Positions 25,800-39,010 of a stretch of 64,000 nt of DNA are shown here, piece by piece (the first letter of the stretch is position 1; each line of letters opens with the position of its first letter). A program made the translations under genes and the position numbers. Under the pieces are notes generated by a model that was not told where the DNA came from, ran no database searches, and was given only the letters and a program-made list of their open reading frames with translations. Origin of the DNA: Octopus vulgaris (taxonomy: Eukaryota); assembly GCA_951406725.2 (NCBI GenBank), contig OX597826.1, forward strand, positions 18,662,001 to 18,726,000, read 5' to 3'.

Positions 25800-28737
25800 G
25801 TTTTGTCATGTTTGCTTATGTAGACCTGTATATATTTTCGTCAGAAAGGTTCCTAATAACATCTGCTTGGCCTCGAAAATTTGCCCTTTAAGGGGCCAAT
25901 TTTCATATTGCAAAATCTTGTCTCGTAAATATTTTCATCTGTTTGGAAAACAGACATGGACAGTTCAGCTAACAGTGGCAGCATTCCTGTGCTCCAGTTA
26001 GAAATGGAATTCCCTCCATTACCTTCACTGAGCACATCAAACAAAAAAGAAAACATTGATGCACTCACACACACACAAACACATTTGAACGACAATACGC
26101 ATACTGACACAAGCTTTCCTTCCGAACAAGTGAGAAGGGAAAACAAAAACAACGAAAACACTCATAAAACAATAAGCAGTGCAACCATGACTATCACTTC
26201 TCCTGTCACCACCACTATCACTTCTGCCATGAAAACTGCTACCAACAACAACAATGTCACAGACAAACTAAATAATTTTGCTTCTGTTTTAAAGCAAAAG
26301 AAATATTTAATGTGCTTCTCAAAGGAAGAACTTCTATAATGCAAATAAATATTATACAAAGAAGAAAGAACCATTAAGCTGAACACCCCACAAAGCATTT
26401 TGCAAGACATTTCCAAAAAAAACCATTATTTACAAAATCCTGAACACAAAAAATAAAAGATTAGAACAGGACACTCAAGAAACAGTTGAGAAATGTCTAC
26501 AGCCCATATGGGCTTTTAAAACAAATATTGCAAGAGGCAAAAGATTTGCTACAATTGAGGTAAGGTTTGATATGGAAGAACACTCAACAAAAAGCCTGGA
26601 ATGTGGGAAATTTATAATGATTCCCACTTACCTCAGTCGTTGGGTGACAAAGGTAAAGATTAAAGATGTGGCCCCTGAAATAGAAATAGGATGGCTGGTA
26701 TCAGCCATCTGTTATGATTTTGTAGATGAAATCAACATCTTACGAATTGCCTTCCTGGAACAGCAAAACTGGATTGGACAAGGTTTGGTTTATAAATTCA
26801 AGCAAATCAGGAGACAATCGAAAATCTCCCAGATTTGATTCAACTTCCAGATGGCACAAACCTACATGTGGTCATTGAAGGCAGAAGGCCATGTTGCCAC
26901 CTTTGTGGTAGCAGATATCATCTCAAAAAAGACTTCCATCTAGTAAAAGAAAAAGTACAAGAAGATCAACAACAATAACAACAACAAAACCAAAAACCCG
27001 AAAGGCAAACCAGCACTGCTACCCACACAGCCAGAGCAGCACAACTGATAAAGCAAATGAAAGAGTTCCACCAACCAAAAAACTAGCCCAACCAAACAAC
27101 ACCACCATCAGCCCACCAAGTATAGAGACAACACCATCACCAACAACAACAACAAAGAATCCAACCCAGAAGAAAAAAAGGAAAAAACTAATCCCCCATC
27201 TCCATCAACCCATACATCACATCCCAGCAACCAACACCAACAACAGCAACAGCAACAACACACTCACAAATTGATCTCAGTACCCTTCCCCTCCCTTCTC
27301 CTGATTCCTCTGACATGTCGTTGGATGAAGGCGATACAGAAGAATGGAAAATGGCCACAGAAGGGAGAAGAAAAAGGGGAAAATAAAAGAAGAGACACGC
27401 AATCAAACAAAGCAAGAAAATTCACCGCTCCTGAGAACACAACTCACACACAAAATAAAAACACTAAAAACACACAAACACCAAATGGTCCCCCACAATG
27501 CTGACAGAAATAAACACAAACAATTCAGACCTAATGCAATACATTAGGTCCAAGACCAACATAACAGAAGACAATGTCAAAACAAACAATCACCCACGCA
27601 CAACACCACCACAGCACATAACAATCATATACGTGACACAAAACATGCACAACACACTGAAATCCCTCTACCCTGATGCAGTAGGGAGATTTCAAATGCA
27701 CTTATCAAAAAAAATATACAAAAACTTCCTGAGAGAAGGTTGTGAGGAAGAGAATAACTAACTTTCTAACAGTAAGTGACTCTCTTCCTCACTCATTCTT
27801 TTCCTTTTTCTTTCATGTGTAAAGCACAACTTTCGATTGGAACATGCTTAGAATAGGTTTTATAAATATGAGTGTCTTAGAAGCAAGGCTACCTGTTAAA
27901 TGACATCAAGTCACAAAATGTGCATATCATAGCCATCAGTGAGACCAGATTCCACAACCTGTAGGCCCTCCAGTACATCTTTGGCGGACAATTCGACATT
28001 TATTTTTCTCCGTGTCTGCCGAGAATGGATGGAGGTGGTACTGCAGTGCTTTTTCAGAAGAGTCTGGACCTCAGAGTAAGATCAACAATCTTAGACCTGG
28101 AGGGTAGGTTGGTCGGCTTGGATGTCGATGGCAGTAATGGGTGTGCTTTTCGACTGATGCACCGTTTATGCACTGTCCTTAACAGGTCGACCAGATTTCT
28201 TTCAATATCTAGAGATTTTCCAGAGAATGTCTCACCCTTTACTTTTAGTAGGGGATTAGAATATGTGGGTAGATATAGGAATAGGATGGGATGTAAATGC
28301 CTCAAAGACCTGCTCAGACATTTCCACCGGTCTGACAGGTACCCACTGGATCACCCAAATGTGCCAGTGTGGACATGGAGCAACCGCACTGGGTCATCCA
28401 GATCGTATTTAGATAGAGTATTCTGTTGGACAGTGGATAAGGATAGTGCAGGTTGTCCACAATTTCATATAGTCAGCTACACAGATCACAAATTTGCTAC
28501 TTGTATGCTTGACTTAGATAAGAATCATAGGTAGAATCACAGGGCCACAGGCTTACAGATGCGAGATTAGCTCATTAGTTAAGAGGACATTGATGAGAGC
28601 CATCATCAACAATAGATGCTGGTATGCCCTAAAGAAAGCAATTAAAGCAGAATTGGTTAGGTACAGTAAGGTTCTAGTGATAGATCGAAATAGAATAGAG
28701 GGAGACCTAGATAAAAAATTAGAAGAGGCACACAGAA
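25800..28737 (+). mobile_element. 3'-truncated L1/Tx1-clade LINE (ORF1 plus APE endonuclease of ORF2)
   Basis: ORF1 zinc-knuckle remnant RPCCHLCGSRYHLKKD near 26885; APE motifs IIAISETRF, WTWSNRTGSSRSYLDRVF and YTDHK; frameshifted. Confidence 0.8.
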
Positions 28738-29724
28738 TTTATGGAAATATTAAAAGCTAAAATAAGACTAATCAACACCCAGGATGAATGAAAAATTAAA
28801 TGTAAACATAAACTGAATTGCCTATTTAATAAGATGAGATAACGTTTGATTCTTTAGAAAATAAATAGAACCCTAATTTTAAATCAAATAGAATTTAATC
28901 ATAATAATTAGATATAATGTATAATCACATTTTATTATTTAGTATAACTAGAATATATCTACTTATTCATATATAAATGTAAGATAATATTTAATTAACT
29001 TCAAATTTCAGAGATTTTAGTTTCTTAATAAAAATCTATAGTATAATATAAGATGGAATTATTCTAAACTTTTAATCTTAATTTAGAAATTCAAGTTTAA
29101 GACTAACGGCAATTTTAAGAATAATAGTATAATCAATATATATCAATTGCAATATATATCAATAATTATAAAAATAATAAAAAATTGGATTTTTACTGAT
29201 TTTTACTAATTTTACTGACTTTTACTTATTTCAAAATATTTTTAGATATTTTAAAATTATATATTGAGTAATTTAGTTTACCTATTTACCGACCTAGAAA
29301 TTTATTATTTATCAAAGTTAACATAAAAATAAATTAAATTAACCAGAAAAAAAAATTAGACTATTCCTCTCATACACTCACTTCTGGCTTCTCCTGATTT
29401 ATTATTATTATAAATAATAGAAAATAACTTTTAAGAACTTTTAAAAGTTAATAAGAATTATCTCCCCTACAAAGTAGCTCTTAATGTTGGATCATACAAT
29501 TGCTGGTAGCCATGTTTAATTCATGTAAAGAAAATTACCATACATATAAGTTAACATTTCTTTTTACTAACATTTCTTTTCCCTACTTTTATTCCACATT
29601 TCTGTTCATTATTTACTAAAGTAAAATCATTCCAACAAATTCTAGTTATATAATTTTTGTCTTTCATGTCTTAATATACGATGTAAATAGCAAAATAAGT
29701 TCATATAAGATAGATATAAGTTCA

Positions 29725-29825
29725 TATAAGATTGGCAATATACTCATTTTAATATGATATTGTATTTAGAGACATACTATTTCAGCAATATTGAGGAATA
29801 CATTGTCATGAAACGCATGTAGTCT
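29725..29825 (+). ncRNA. Decayed hammerhead motif in an AT-rich element related to 11690-12400
   Basis: uauAAGA-UUGGCAAUAUA..UACAUUGUCAU-GAAAC-GCAU-GUA; the element end near 29965-30002 resembles the reverse complement of 11693-11730. Confidence 0.35.
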
Positions 29826-30031
29826 AGATAATCTAAAGCATATGATTTGAAATAAGAATTGAAGGTATTATTTTGGATAATTTGGAATAAGAATTGTAAG
29901 TACTAATTTTGGTAATTTGAATATTTAGTCCTATATGTACCTATCGTGGATAATGTCATTCAATGATGATTGAGTTGCTTGAGGGTGATTCTGTCTCTTA
30001 AACATATCTATCTATATATAGATGTGTGTAC

Positions 30032-30069
<38 letters not shown>

Positions 30070-30072
<3 letters not shown>

Positions 30073-30155
30073 ACAAGGATATCCAGAGGTAATGCAGTAC
30101 GATCGTTTCATGCATGAAACAATCGTACTGCATTACCTCTGGATATCCTTGTTGC
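30070..30155. repeat. 86-bp near-perfect palindrome with a hammerhead 3' half in each arm
   Basis: Two 43-nt arms, one mismatch, no loop; arms read CATGAAAC(G/A)ATCGTACTGCATTACC. Confidence 0.95.
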
Positions 30156-30319
30156 TTATTTTGATTCTAATCACCTTATTTTGAAATTGTATGGATAATG
30201 CCATACTAAATTCTGGTGCCTCAACTTAAGTACCATATTCATCTGAATCTATATATATATGTTTTTATTCTTTTATCTTTTACTTATTACAGTCATTAGA
30301 TTGTGGCCATGCAGGGAAG

Positions 30320-32335
30320 TGACAAACACCTAGACGCATACATAGAGACAATCTCCAAATTCCCTCTCAACACACACAAATGCAAACAGAACCTCTGCAG
30401 AGGAAAAGAAAACAAGCCTTACAAAAACTAAAATACGACAAGTCAATCATTTTAAAAGAAGCTGACAAAGGTGGAGCAATAGTAATTATGGATACAGATT
30501 ACTACAAAGAAAAGATACTGGAGATGCTTAACAACCAGACATACTATAAAGAGGGACCAACACCACCGGAGAAAGCAACATTAAAAAAAATTGGAACATT
30601 AGTCAATGAATACCAGAACTCCTTTACAGATAAGGAGAAAGACTATCTATGCAACTCACAAACCAAAGAAAGCAATTTTTATGGATTACCCAAAATTCAT
30701 AAAAGCTCTGAAATACAGAGAGCCATAAAGGAACAGAGGAACCACTATATAAGAATACAAAGGCCTGCAGACCTCACAATGAGACCAATAGTGGCAGGAC
30801 CCCAGGCACCAACACAACAACTAAGCCACTTCATAGATATACTCCTCAAACCTTTATGTTCACAGATACCAAGCTACATAAAGGATGACATAGACTTCCT
30901 CACACACATTCCAAATACGGTTACAGAAAACACCATACTTGCAAGCTTCGATGCCACAAACTTATACATGAATATACCACACACCCTGGGTCTGGAAGTG
31001 ATAAAACAATGGTAGGAAAATACAGGGAACTCATAGATAAACGTTTCAAAACAGACTTTATCACCAAAGCCACCCAACTAATACTCGAAGAAAATACATT
31101 CTCATTTAACAACAAGACATACAGACAGATAAAGGGCATGGCTATGGGTACAAAATTTGCACCTTCATATGCCAACCTGGTGATTGAGAACCTGTTCCTT
31201 GAGAACAAACTATATGATGAAATAGGGAAAGTCTTCGAACACTACTTCAGAGAAAGCATCAAGAAAAAGAGGAAATGCTACTTCGATGACTCTTTCATCT
31301 TTTGGAACAGATCAGAAGATCTACAAACATTCCTCAACATCCTCAACACACTGCACCCATCTATCAACTTCATGAAAGATACCAGCCACAACGAACTTCC
31401 CTTCTTAGACATCAACATCAAGATACACAACTCCATCGTCACAACAGATATCTACTACAAAAAAACCGACACATACCAATATTTAAATTTCTACTCCTGC
31501 AACCTATCCCACATAAAAAGAAACATTCTATATAGTATGGCAAGATGCATATGCATCATAGTGACTGGCTCACAAACATGCCAAATAAGACTAAATGAAC
31601 TTTAAAATTTCCTACTAGAACAGAAATACCCACTCAAATTAATAAAGAACAGAATCTCAAGAGCAATGAAACTGGACATCACACAAGTCAGAACTAAAAA
31701 AAAACAAAAAACAAAGAAAACATCATCCCTTTCATAAACACACACAACCCTGGAGTTACCAACACATTTCAAATTGTACATTTAAACTTACCAATAGTCC
31801 TACAAAGCCCCAAAATGGGAAGCATATTAAACAAATATTGCATAAAAAACAGTAAACGCCAAGTGAAAAACCTGAAGAAACAACTAACAAGGACAAAATT
31901 CTCATCAGAGACTAAAACCGAAATTTTTGTAAAAGTGTGTGGAGATGGTAGATGTGGAATCTGCAGTAACCCCATCTACAAATATATACCAGGGAAACAA
32001 ACAAATAAAATTTAAGAGTGGTCACGCATTCGAAGTAAATGCAGACATGAATTGCAAGACGCAGAACGTAATATACTGCGTAACCCGTCCCACACGCGAG
32101 GAGAATTATATAGGCGAAACTGGAAATTCTTTCTGCCAACAAACCAGAATTCACCGACAACATATCCAACAGGAGGAACTGTGAAAGATTCCACTGAGTA
32201 AACACTTAGAAACATGTGGAAAAGGAAAGATTTAAGATCTTTCCCTTCTATCATGCCCAAGGAATGACACCTTCTTCAGAAAAAAATATGTAATAATACT
32301 TCATAACAAAGTTCTCCCCCAAACTGAATGGCTGA
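30320..32335 (+). mobile_element. 5'-truncated Penelope-like retroelement (Neptune type; RT plus GIY-YIG), frameshifted
   Basis: ILKEADKGGAIVIMD, FYGLPKIHK, RPIVAG, SFDATNLY, YRQIKGMAMGTKFAPSYANL, CYFDD, LPFLDI, Cys linker CGDGRCGIC, NVIYCVT..YIGETG and terminal PKLNG*. Confidence 0.95.
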
Positions 32336-32552
32336 AAATAGGAAAATCACAGCAATTTCCCTATAAACCTATCTAGAACAATTAGCTTAGTCTGTATAAT
32401 AATGGCCTCACAATGTACAAGAAATTGTATGCATATCTGTTTCATTGCACTCCTTCACAAGTCACATTCCCTTGAACATTATTGCCCATCCTAATATCTT
32501 CATTTTTGTAAAGAATTGTTCCTTATCTTCATTCCTCTGGAATAGGAATATA

Positions 32553-33392
32553 CAGTGGGGGGAAATAAATATTCGTACACATCAAAATTCTTTATTTATT
32601 TAATTTATAATGAACATAAATAGGATATACCAATATTATATATGCATACACATACATAAACTAAGAATATGCAAAAGGAACTAATAAATTATAGTAACTA
32701 AGGAATTTATATACAAATATTTAGGGGTGAAAAAAGTATTCGTACAGAACATAAACAACTGATAATTCTGATTTAATACTTCGTAGCATAGCCATTATTC
32801 AGTTTCCAATTCAACCAATCTTTTCTTGTAGTTCTTAATGAATGACTTGCATGTTTCTTTAAGAATTTTTTCCCACTCTTCTAGACAAATTTTCTTCAAA
32901 TCTGCAATGCACGCTGGGGCTCTTGAATGAATTTAAATTTTCAAATAATGCCACAAATTTTCAATGGGGTTCAAGTCAGGTGACTGGCTTGGCCATTCTA
33001 ATAATTTTATATTGTGATTGACAATCCATTTTTTGGTAGACTTCGCCGTGTGCTTAGGATCATTATTCTGTTGTAAACCCCACCTTTCACAAAGTTGGAG
33101 CTTTGTTGCCACTTCCAAACTTTACGGTAAGAATTGAAATTTTTCGGCAAATAGGTGGTACCATCTTTCCTCCAAACATGGCTATGTGAATTTCGTCCAA
33201 ACAATTCAATTTTCGACTTGTCTGTCCATAGAACATTTTCCCAGAATGTATCAGATTTATCTTTATGTTCATAAACAGATTTTATATGGGCATCTCTATG
33301 CCTTTTAGTCAACAGTGGAGTTTTTCTAGGAGAGCGTGATTTCAGTTCATTCCTATGGATTTCATTGCTGATTGTTTGTAGTGTAACACTAC
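32553..33392 (-). mobile_element. Tc1 (DD34E) remnant with IR/DR-type 3' end
   Basis: [25 protein letters not shown] and [15 protein letters not shown]; TA-CAGTGGGG..TATTCGTACA end with an inner repeat near 32720. Confidence 0.9.
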
Positions 33393-33668
33393 ACAGGCAC
33401 ACACACACACACACACACACTCTCACTTTCTCCCCATTCCTCACCCTCTTTTACTATCCTATATCTCTCTCCACCCCTACTCACTCAATAATACTATAAA
33501 AAGAAACAAATCCCAAATTCAAATCTGAAGAATCTACTAGAGTTGATGCAAGCACTATTATATGATTTATAAAAACATGTGACATATTAATAAAAAATCT
33601 GTAAATGTACAACCATTCCAGATTTCTGAGTATCTTATTTTTTCTAATATATTTATATATATATATAT

Positions 33669-34004
33669 ATCCAAATTGAGGGAATGGAGCAGGTAAAATC
33701 TAAGCTAATATGTTTACTAGCTGGCAGATCCTCAGAAGTAATAATTACTCAGTGAGTATACCCCTACTAACTACTCATCAGGCTGAAGATACCTTAGATA
33801 TATAAAGGTTATTTTTAAATTATATCTGCAATGAGTTAACTTGGGATTCCTTAACGACAGTGTTACCTTCATGTAACTATGGTATCTTTGGCCTGATGAG
33901 GAGCTAGTCAAATACCTCTCATTCTGTAATTATTACTTCCAGGAAAACTAGCTAGGAAACATAGACAGCCTGGATTTTATCTGTTCCATTCCCTCTATTT
34001 GGAT
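33669..34004. repeat. Fold-back element with about 140-bp arms, each with a degenerate hammerhead motif
   Basis: Right arm GGC-CTGATGA-GGAGCTAGT..ACTAGCTAG-GAAAC; left arm reverse complement AGC-CTGATGA-GTAGTTAGT..CCAGCTAG-TAAAC; arms 33669-33812 / 33862-34004. Confidence 0.8.
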
Positions 34005-34231
34005 TTTTATTTGTATTCATAGCAACCCTAGCTGCAAACCATGAACTATAAAAAATGCTTTTTTCAGCTTATCACAATTTGATATGGGAAAAGCTTACAA
34101 CCTTCTATACCAATAAACTATTATTGTTTCTGAAATTTGTTTTTCACACCTATCATAGACTGCTTGAAACTAACTAACTTTTCACACCTACATCCTTGGA
34201 TTTTACAATTACACACACATATATACATATG

Positions 34232-34286
<55 letters not shown>

Positions 34287-34318
34287 TTATACATACATAC
34301 ATTATATATACATACATA

Positions 34319-34408
<90 letters not shown>

Positions 34409-34444
34409 ACATATGCACACTCACACATACACATATACATATGT

Positions 34445-34770
34445 GCATGTGAGCTTTCTTTTCAGATGTATAGTGCTGCTGGCCCCCATCCCAGGGTCTT
34501 GCTAGCCTACACCTTCCACACCCTCAGACTTGGCACACTTAATGTTGGCACATTGAAAGGTAGGTCTAGTGAGATTGTTGAGATGCTTGAATGGAGACAT
34601 GTGGATTTGTGCTGCATCCAAGAAGTAAGGTGGATTGGAAGTTCTGCTAGATTCCTCACGGGCAAAGAACATAGGTATAAAATTTTCTGAGTAGGGAACA
34701 CTGATAGGGTTGGGGGCATGGGTATACTACTTGCAGAGAAATGGGTTGATAAGGTAATGGAGGTAGTTTG
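34445..34770 (+). mobile_element. RTE-clade LINE 5' fragment (APE endonuclease N-terminus)
   Basis: [48 protein letters not shown]. Confidence 0.9.
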
Positions 34771-34771
34771 A

Positions 34772-37700
34772 AGGGGAGATAATAAAGTAGTGGGGATACC
34801 AAAACGAAGGTGAGTGTGCGTGTGTATAAGAGAGTTTGTATGTGCATGTGGAAGAGGGGTGGTGATCTTGATGCGTGCGTGTGTGTATGTGTAAGTGTGA
34901 AAATGTGAGGCTGAGAAGTGGTCAGTGCTGGTGTGTGTGTGGTGGTGTGTTGTGATGTGATGTGTTGTGTGGTATGGTGGTGTATGGTATAGTGGTGTAT
35001 GGTGTCGTGTAATGGTAATGAGAGGTGGGGGAGTCAAGAGTGGGGTGTGGGTTAGGATGAGGTGGGGGTAGAGGTGTGGTATGTGGGAGTGGGTGTAAGG
35101 GATGGGGTGGAGTGGGTGGGGTGGAGTGGGGGAAGGATAGGGAAGGTGGGGTTAGAATGTGTAGGGGTGGAGTGGGCTTACGAGGGAGGGGTGATGATGA
35201 AGGGGGAAGGAGAAGGTGGGTAGGATGAAGAGAAGAGAGGAGAGAAGAAGTAGGAGTCAGAGCAAGAGAGGAAAGGTGGGTGGGAGGATGTAGGTGTGGA
35301 GGGGAGAGAGGCAGGAGGAGGAGGTTAGATGAAGAGGAGTGGAGAGTTGAGCCCATGTGGTGCAAAGGTGCGAAGAGAGAAGATTAATCCCTGTTCATGG
35401 CCCAAACGAGAGTCCAGATGGCCCCCTGTGCAAGGACAATCTGAACACGGACAGGTATTAGAGTGACCGGTAGAACAGAAATTGCACGAGACCGGGTGTC
35501 ATTGTTGAGTTGGATGTCTCGGAGGTGTTCTGCGAACTGGTCAGCCAAGATGTATAGAGAAGGGCAGAGAGAGCAGGTGATGCAGTAGATGATATTGGTA
35601 GAAGTGCAAGTGAAGGCGTCGGTGATGTGATAGGGTCGATGATGAGTGCCGATAAGGAGGGTGGTGTTGGAGAGGTAAGGGCAAGTGTGGCAGTGTGGGC
35701 AGAAGCAGGGGAACAAGCAGTGTTGGGAGGTTGGGTTAGGGAAGAAACTGTAGACCAAGAAGTTTCATAGGTTGTGGGCTCATTTGAAGGAGGAGAGGGG
35801 TCGGTTAGGGAAGATGTGCAAAGTGGACGGGTCAGACTGGAATTGCCGGAAGGCTTGGAGAATGGTGCGTTGGAGAGGTAGGGTGGTGGGGTGGTGGGTG
35901 AGGGGAAATGGGAGACGGGAGACAGCGGCATGGGTGAGGAGGGAGAGAGCAGATGCACAGTCCACAGGACGTGCTCTGGCAAGGGCAGTGTGGATAGTGG
36001 TGAGGGGATATACATGTAGAATGAAGAGGTGAGCCATGAGTTGAGACCAAGTCTCAAAGTCATGGTTGTCACTACAGAGCCTGCATAGACGGAGGAATTG
36101 GGAACAGGGGATGGAAAGCTTGGTGTGTCTAGGGAGGAAGGAGGAGAAATTTAGGTATGAGTGTGAGTCCATGTGTTTGTAGTGGATGGAGGTGGAGAAG
36201 TGGAGTGAAGAATGCTAACCGAAATGTCAAGAAAGGAGACAGAGGTGTCAGAGATAGTGCAGGAGAAGTGGAAGGCAGGATGGAAAGATTTGATAAAAGA
36301 GAGGAAGGAGTCTAGATGTTCACGGGAGAGTGGTCAATATAACGGCCATATAGTTTGGGAGTGGAACCAGTGAAGCTTGTGAATATTTGGGCCTCAACAA
36401 ACAGGTTTGCATAGTTGGGGGCCCATTCTCGTTTCCATGGCTACTCCCGAGATTTGCTGGTAGAAATCACCTGCGAGAGAAGCAGTTGAGTGAGAGGACA
36501 AGTTTGGCCAGACGAACGAGTGTGGATGTGTTGGGTTGGGGGTTGGGTCGAAGGTCAAGGAAATGTTGGAGTGCACACAGCCCCTTGTGGTGAGTGATCA
36601 CTGTGTAAAGGCTCTGGATGTCGAGAGTGAAGAGAAGTTTAGAGGGGCCAGGAAGGAAGGAAAAAGAGTTAAACAAATGAAGCGCGTGGTTGGTGTCATG
36701 GATGTGAGAGGGGAGGGAAGCCACTAGGGTGGGGCAAGAACATGGTCAAGATATCTGGAGATGAGTTCGGTGGGGCAGTTGCAGGTGGAGACGATGGGGC
36801 AGCCAGGGTTGTTAGGTTTGTGGATTTTGGGGAGGAAGTAAATGGTGGGGGGTATGAGGAGCGTGGACAATGAGGTTGGAGATGGCAGGAGGAGATAAGG
36901 TCATGGATAGTGGAGGACACAGTCTGTTGATGGCTGGGTGTGGGGTCAGAGGGCAGAGGGCAGTAGAAGGAGGTGTCTTGAAGTTGGCGGAGAGCTTCGG
37001 CCTTGTAGAGGTCCGCGCGTCACACCACCATGGCTCCACCCTTGTCGGCCAGTTTTATGATGATGTCAGTGTGGCGTCAGAGACATTGAAGGGCCAAGAG
37101 TTTGGCTGGGGAGATGTTTAGATAATGGGGATGCCTAGAAAAGTTAAGCCGGTCCACAGCGTGCTGGCAGGTGCCCGCAAAAAGATTGACAGCTTGGAAC
37201 TGGCCAGGAGCTGGTGTCCACTGAGATGGTTGATGGCCCAGGTTGATGAAGCAGTCCTCCTCATTAGATGCAGGTGGAGTGTCGTGGAAAAGCGCATACA
37301 ACCTAACACAGTGCACAAAGTTATGGATATCGGCATGAGCCTGAAATTCATTGCTGAATGGTGTGAGGGGGATGAAGCGCAGACCCCTACTGAGGAGGGA
37401 GCACTCTGCTCCGCCTTGAAGAGGGAAAGATCTGGAGAATGGTAACAACAGACTGAAGTGGAAAAGGGTGGATGGGATAGAAGTAGGTGGGGTGGGTGGG
37501 GTAGAAGTGGGAGGGGTGGTGGGGATGGTGGAAGGCTCAGAGGGATGGGGTGGTGTATGTGTGTGAGGGGGTTGGAGGGACGGGGGGATGAGGGTGGGAG
37601 GAGTGTATCAGGGAGGGAGAGGCATAGTGGAGGAGTTGGGGTAGTGGTATCGAGTGTTGTGGTATGGAGTAGTGAGTAGAGTTTACGTTGTTTGGTGTTA

Positions 37701-38630
37701 GTGAGAAATTGATGAAAGAGATGATTTAAATGAATTATGTAGCGTAATGTGGTGTTGGCATGGAAGGGCAACTGAGAAGAGAAGAAGGTGGAAAAAGCAA
37801 GAGGAAGAAGACAGTCGATGGTGTGTATTTTAGAGAGATTAAAGCGAATGGTGGCACTCATAAGGTGGTAGGATGTAGTACAGAGTATGGGTAGGATGGT
37901 TGTAGCAGAGTGTAGAGAGGGGTGGAAATGGAGGCACAACCCTTTGGGGATGAGGCGGTGATGTAAGCAGTGATTGAGAAACAAAATGTGACTAGAGTAA
38001 CGAGTTTTTCTGAAAATGAGTAGATAAAGGTTAATAGAGGGCTGAAAGCAGCAGGAAGGAAGTGTGCAAAGGTATTGTTTTAGATGGTTGTGGAGATCGA
38101 GGAGAAAACGTTTATAATCGGGCATGATTGTAAGCAAGAAGAGAAGATAAAGAAAGGAGAAAAAAGAGGAAAAAGGGGAGGGAGAGAGAGAGAGAGAGAG
38201 AAGGTAAATAAAGACGTGGGGAGGAAAAATTCAAAAGGTGTGGGGAGTAAAAAGCAAAAGGTATGAGGAGAAGAAATGCAAAAGGCGTGAGGAGAAAAAA
38301 TATATAACAGGGAAAGAAAGGACGAAGATAGAAGAAATAGAGAGAAAAGCGGGGAGGAGGGGAGAAGGGAAGACGAAAGGGGGAAAAGAAAGGGAGGAAG
38401 AGAGAGGCAAGGTAAAAGGTACAGACTAGAGAAAACAGAGTAAGAACAACCAGAGTAGGAAGAAATGACAATAGGAAAAAGCAGAAAGTACAAAAAATGT
38501 TTAGAAAGTACAAAAAAAGTTAAGAAAAGTTCAAAAGGTTCAAAAGCTTCAGACATCGTGGTGTATTGGAGCGATTTTTCATCAACAGAAGAGTCCAGTG
38601 TAACCCATGGGTGGGAGAGCTGTAGCTGAA
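34772..38630 (-). mobile_element. Near full-length but decayed Penelope-like element (Neptune type)
   Basis: N-terminal FLNHCLHHRLIPKGL, LLFTLDIQSLYT, FYQQISGVAMETRMGP, SHSYLNFSS..SIPCSQFLRLCRLCSD, FTCTSTNIIYCITCSLCPSLYI and terminal LRTFAPHGLN near 35345. Confidence 0.9.
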
Positions 38631-38632
38631 GA

Positions 38633-38676
<44 letters not shown>

Positions 38677-39010
38677 ATATATATAGACAAAACCCCAATT
38701 ATTTGGAAAATGTAGGTAAAATTGATGAAGAATAACTGTATTTGTTTGGACAAGTGATGCAAATTATTATGGAATGTTTAGAGAGAAGAGTGACATGTTG
38801 TCATTGGAAAGTGTCTGTAGAAGAAAATTATTTGGGAAATAATATCACAAAATCTCAGGTGTCTCACAGGATGGAACAAAAGATCAAGGAAAGTATTGGT
38901 AAATTGTAGATAAGACTTGACCAACAAAGTACAAAGTATACAACACACTTGACCAATGCTTGCAATAAAGGTCATCACACATAACAGTTGAGATAATCTC
39001 TATAAATATA

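Noticed and set aside
30380-31605. Telomerase or prokaryotic retron/group II intron RT
   Set aside because: DKG motif, GxAMG and the downstream GIY-YIG domain identify a Penelope-like element.
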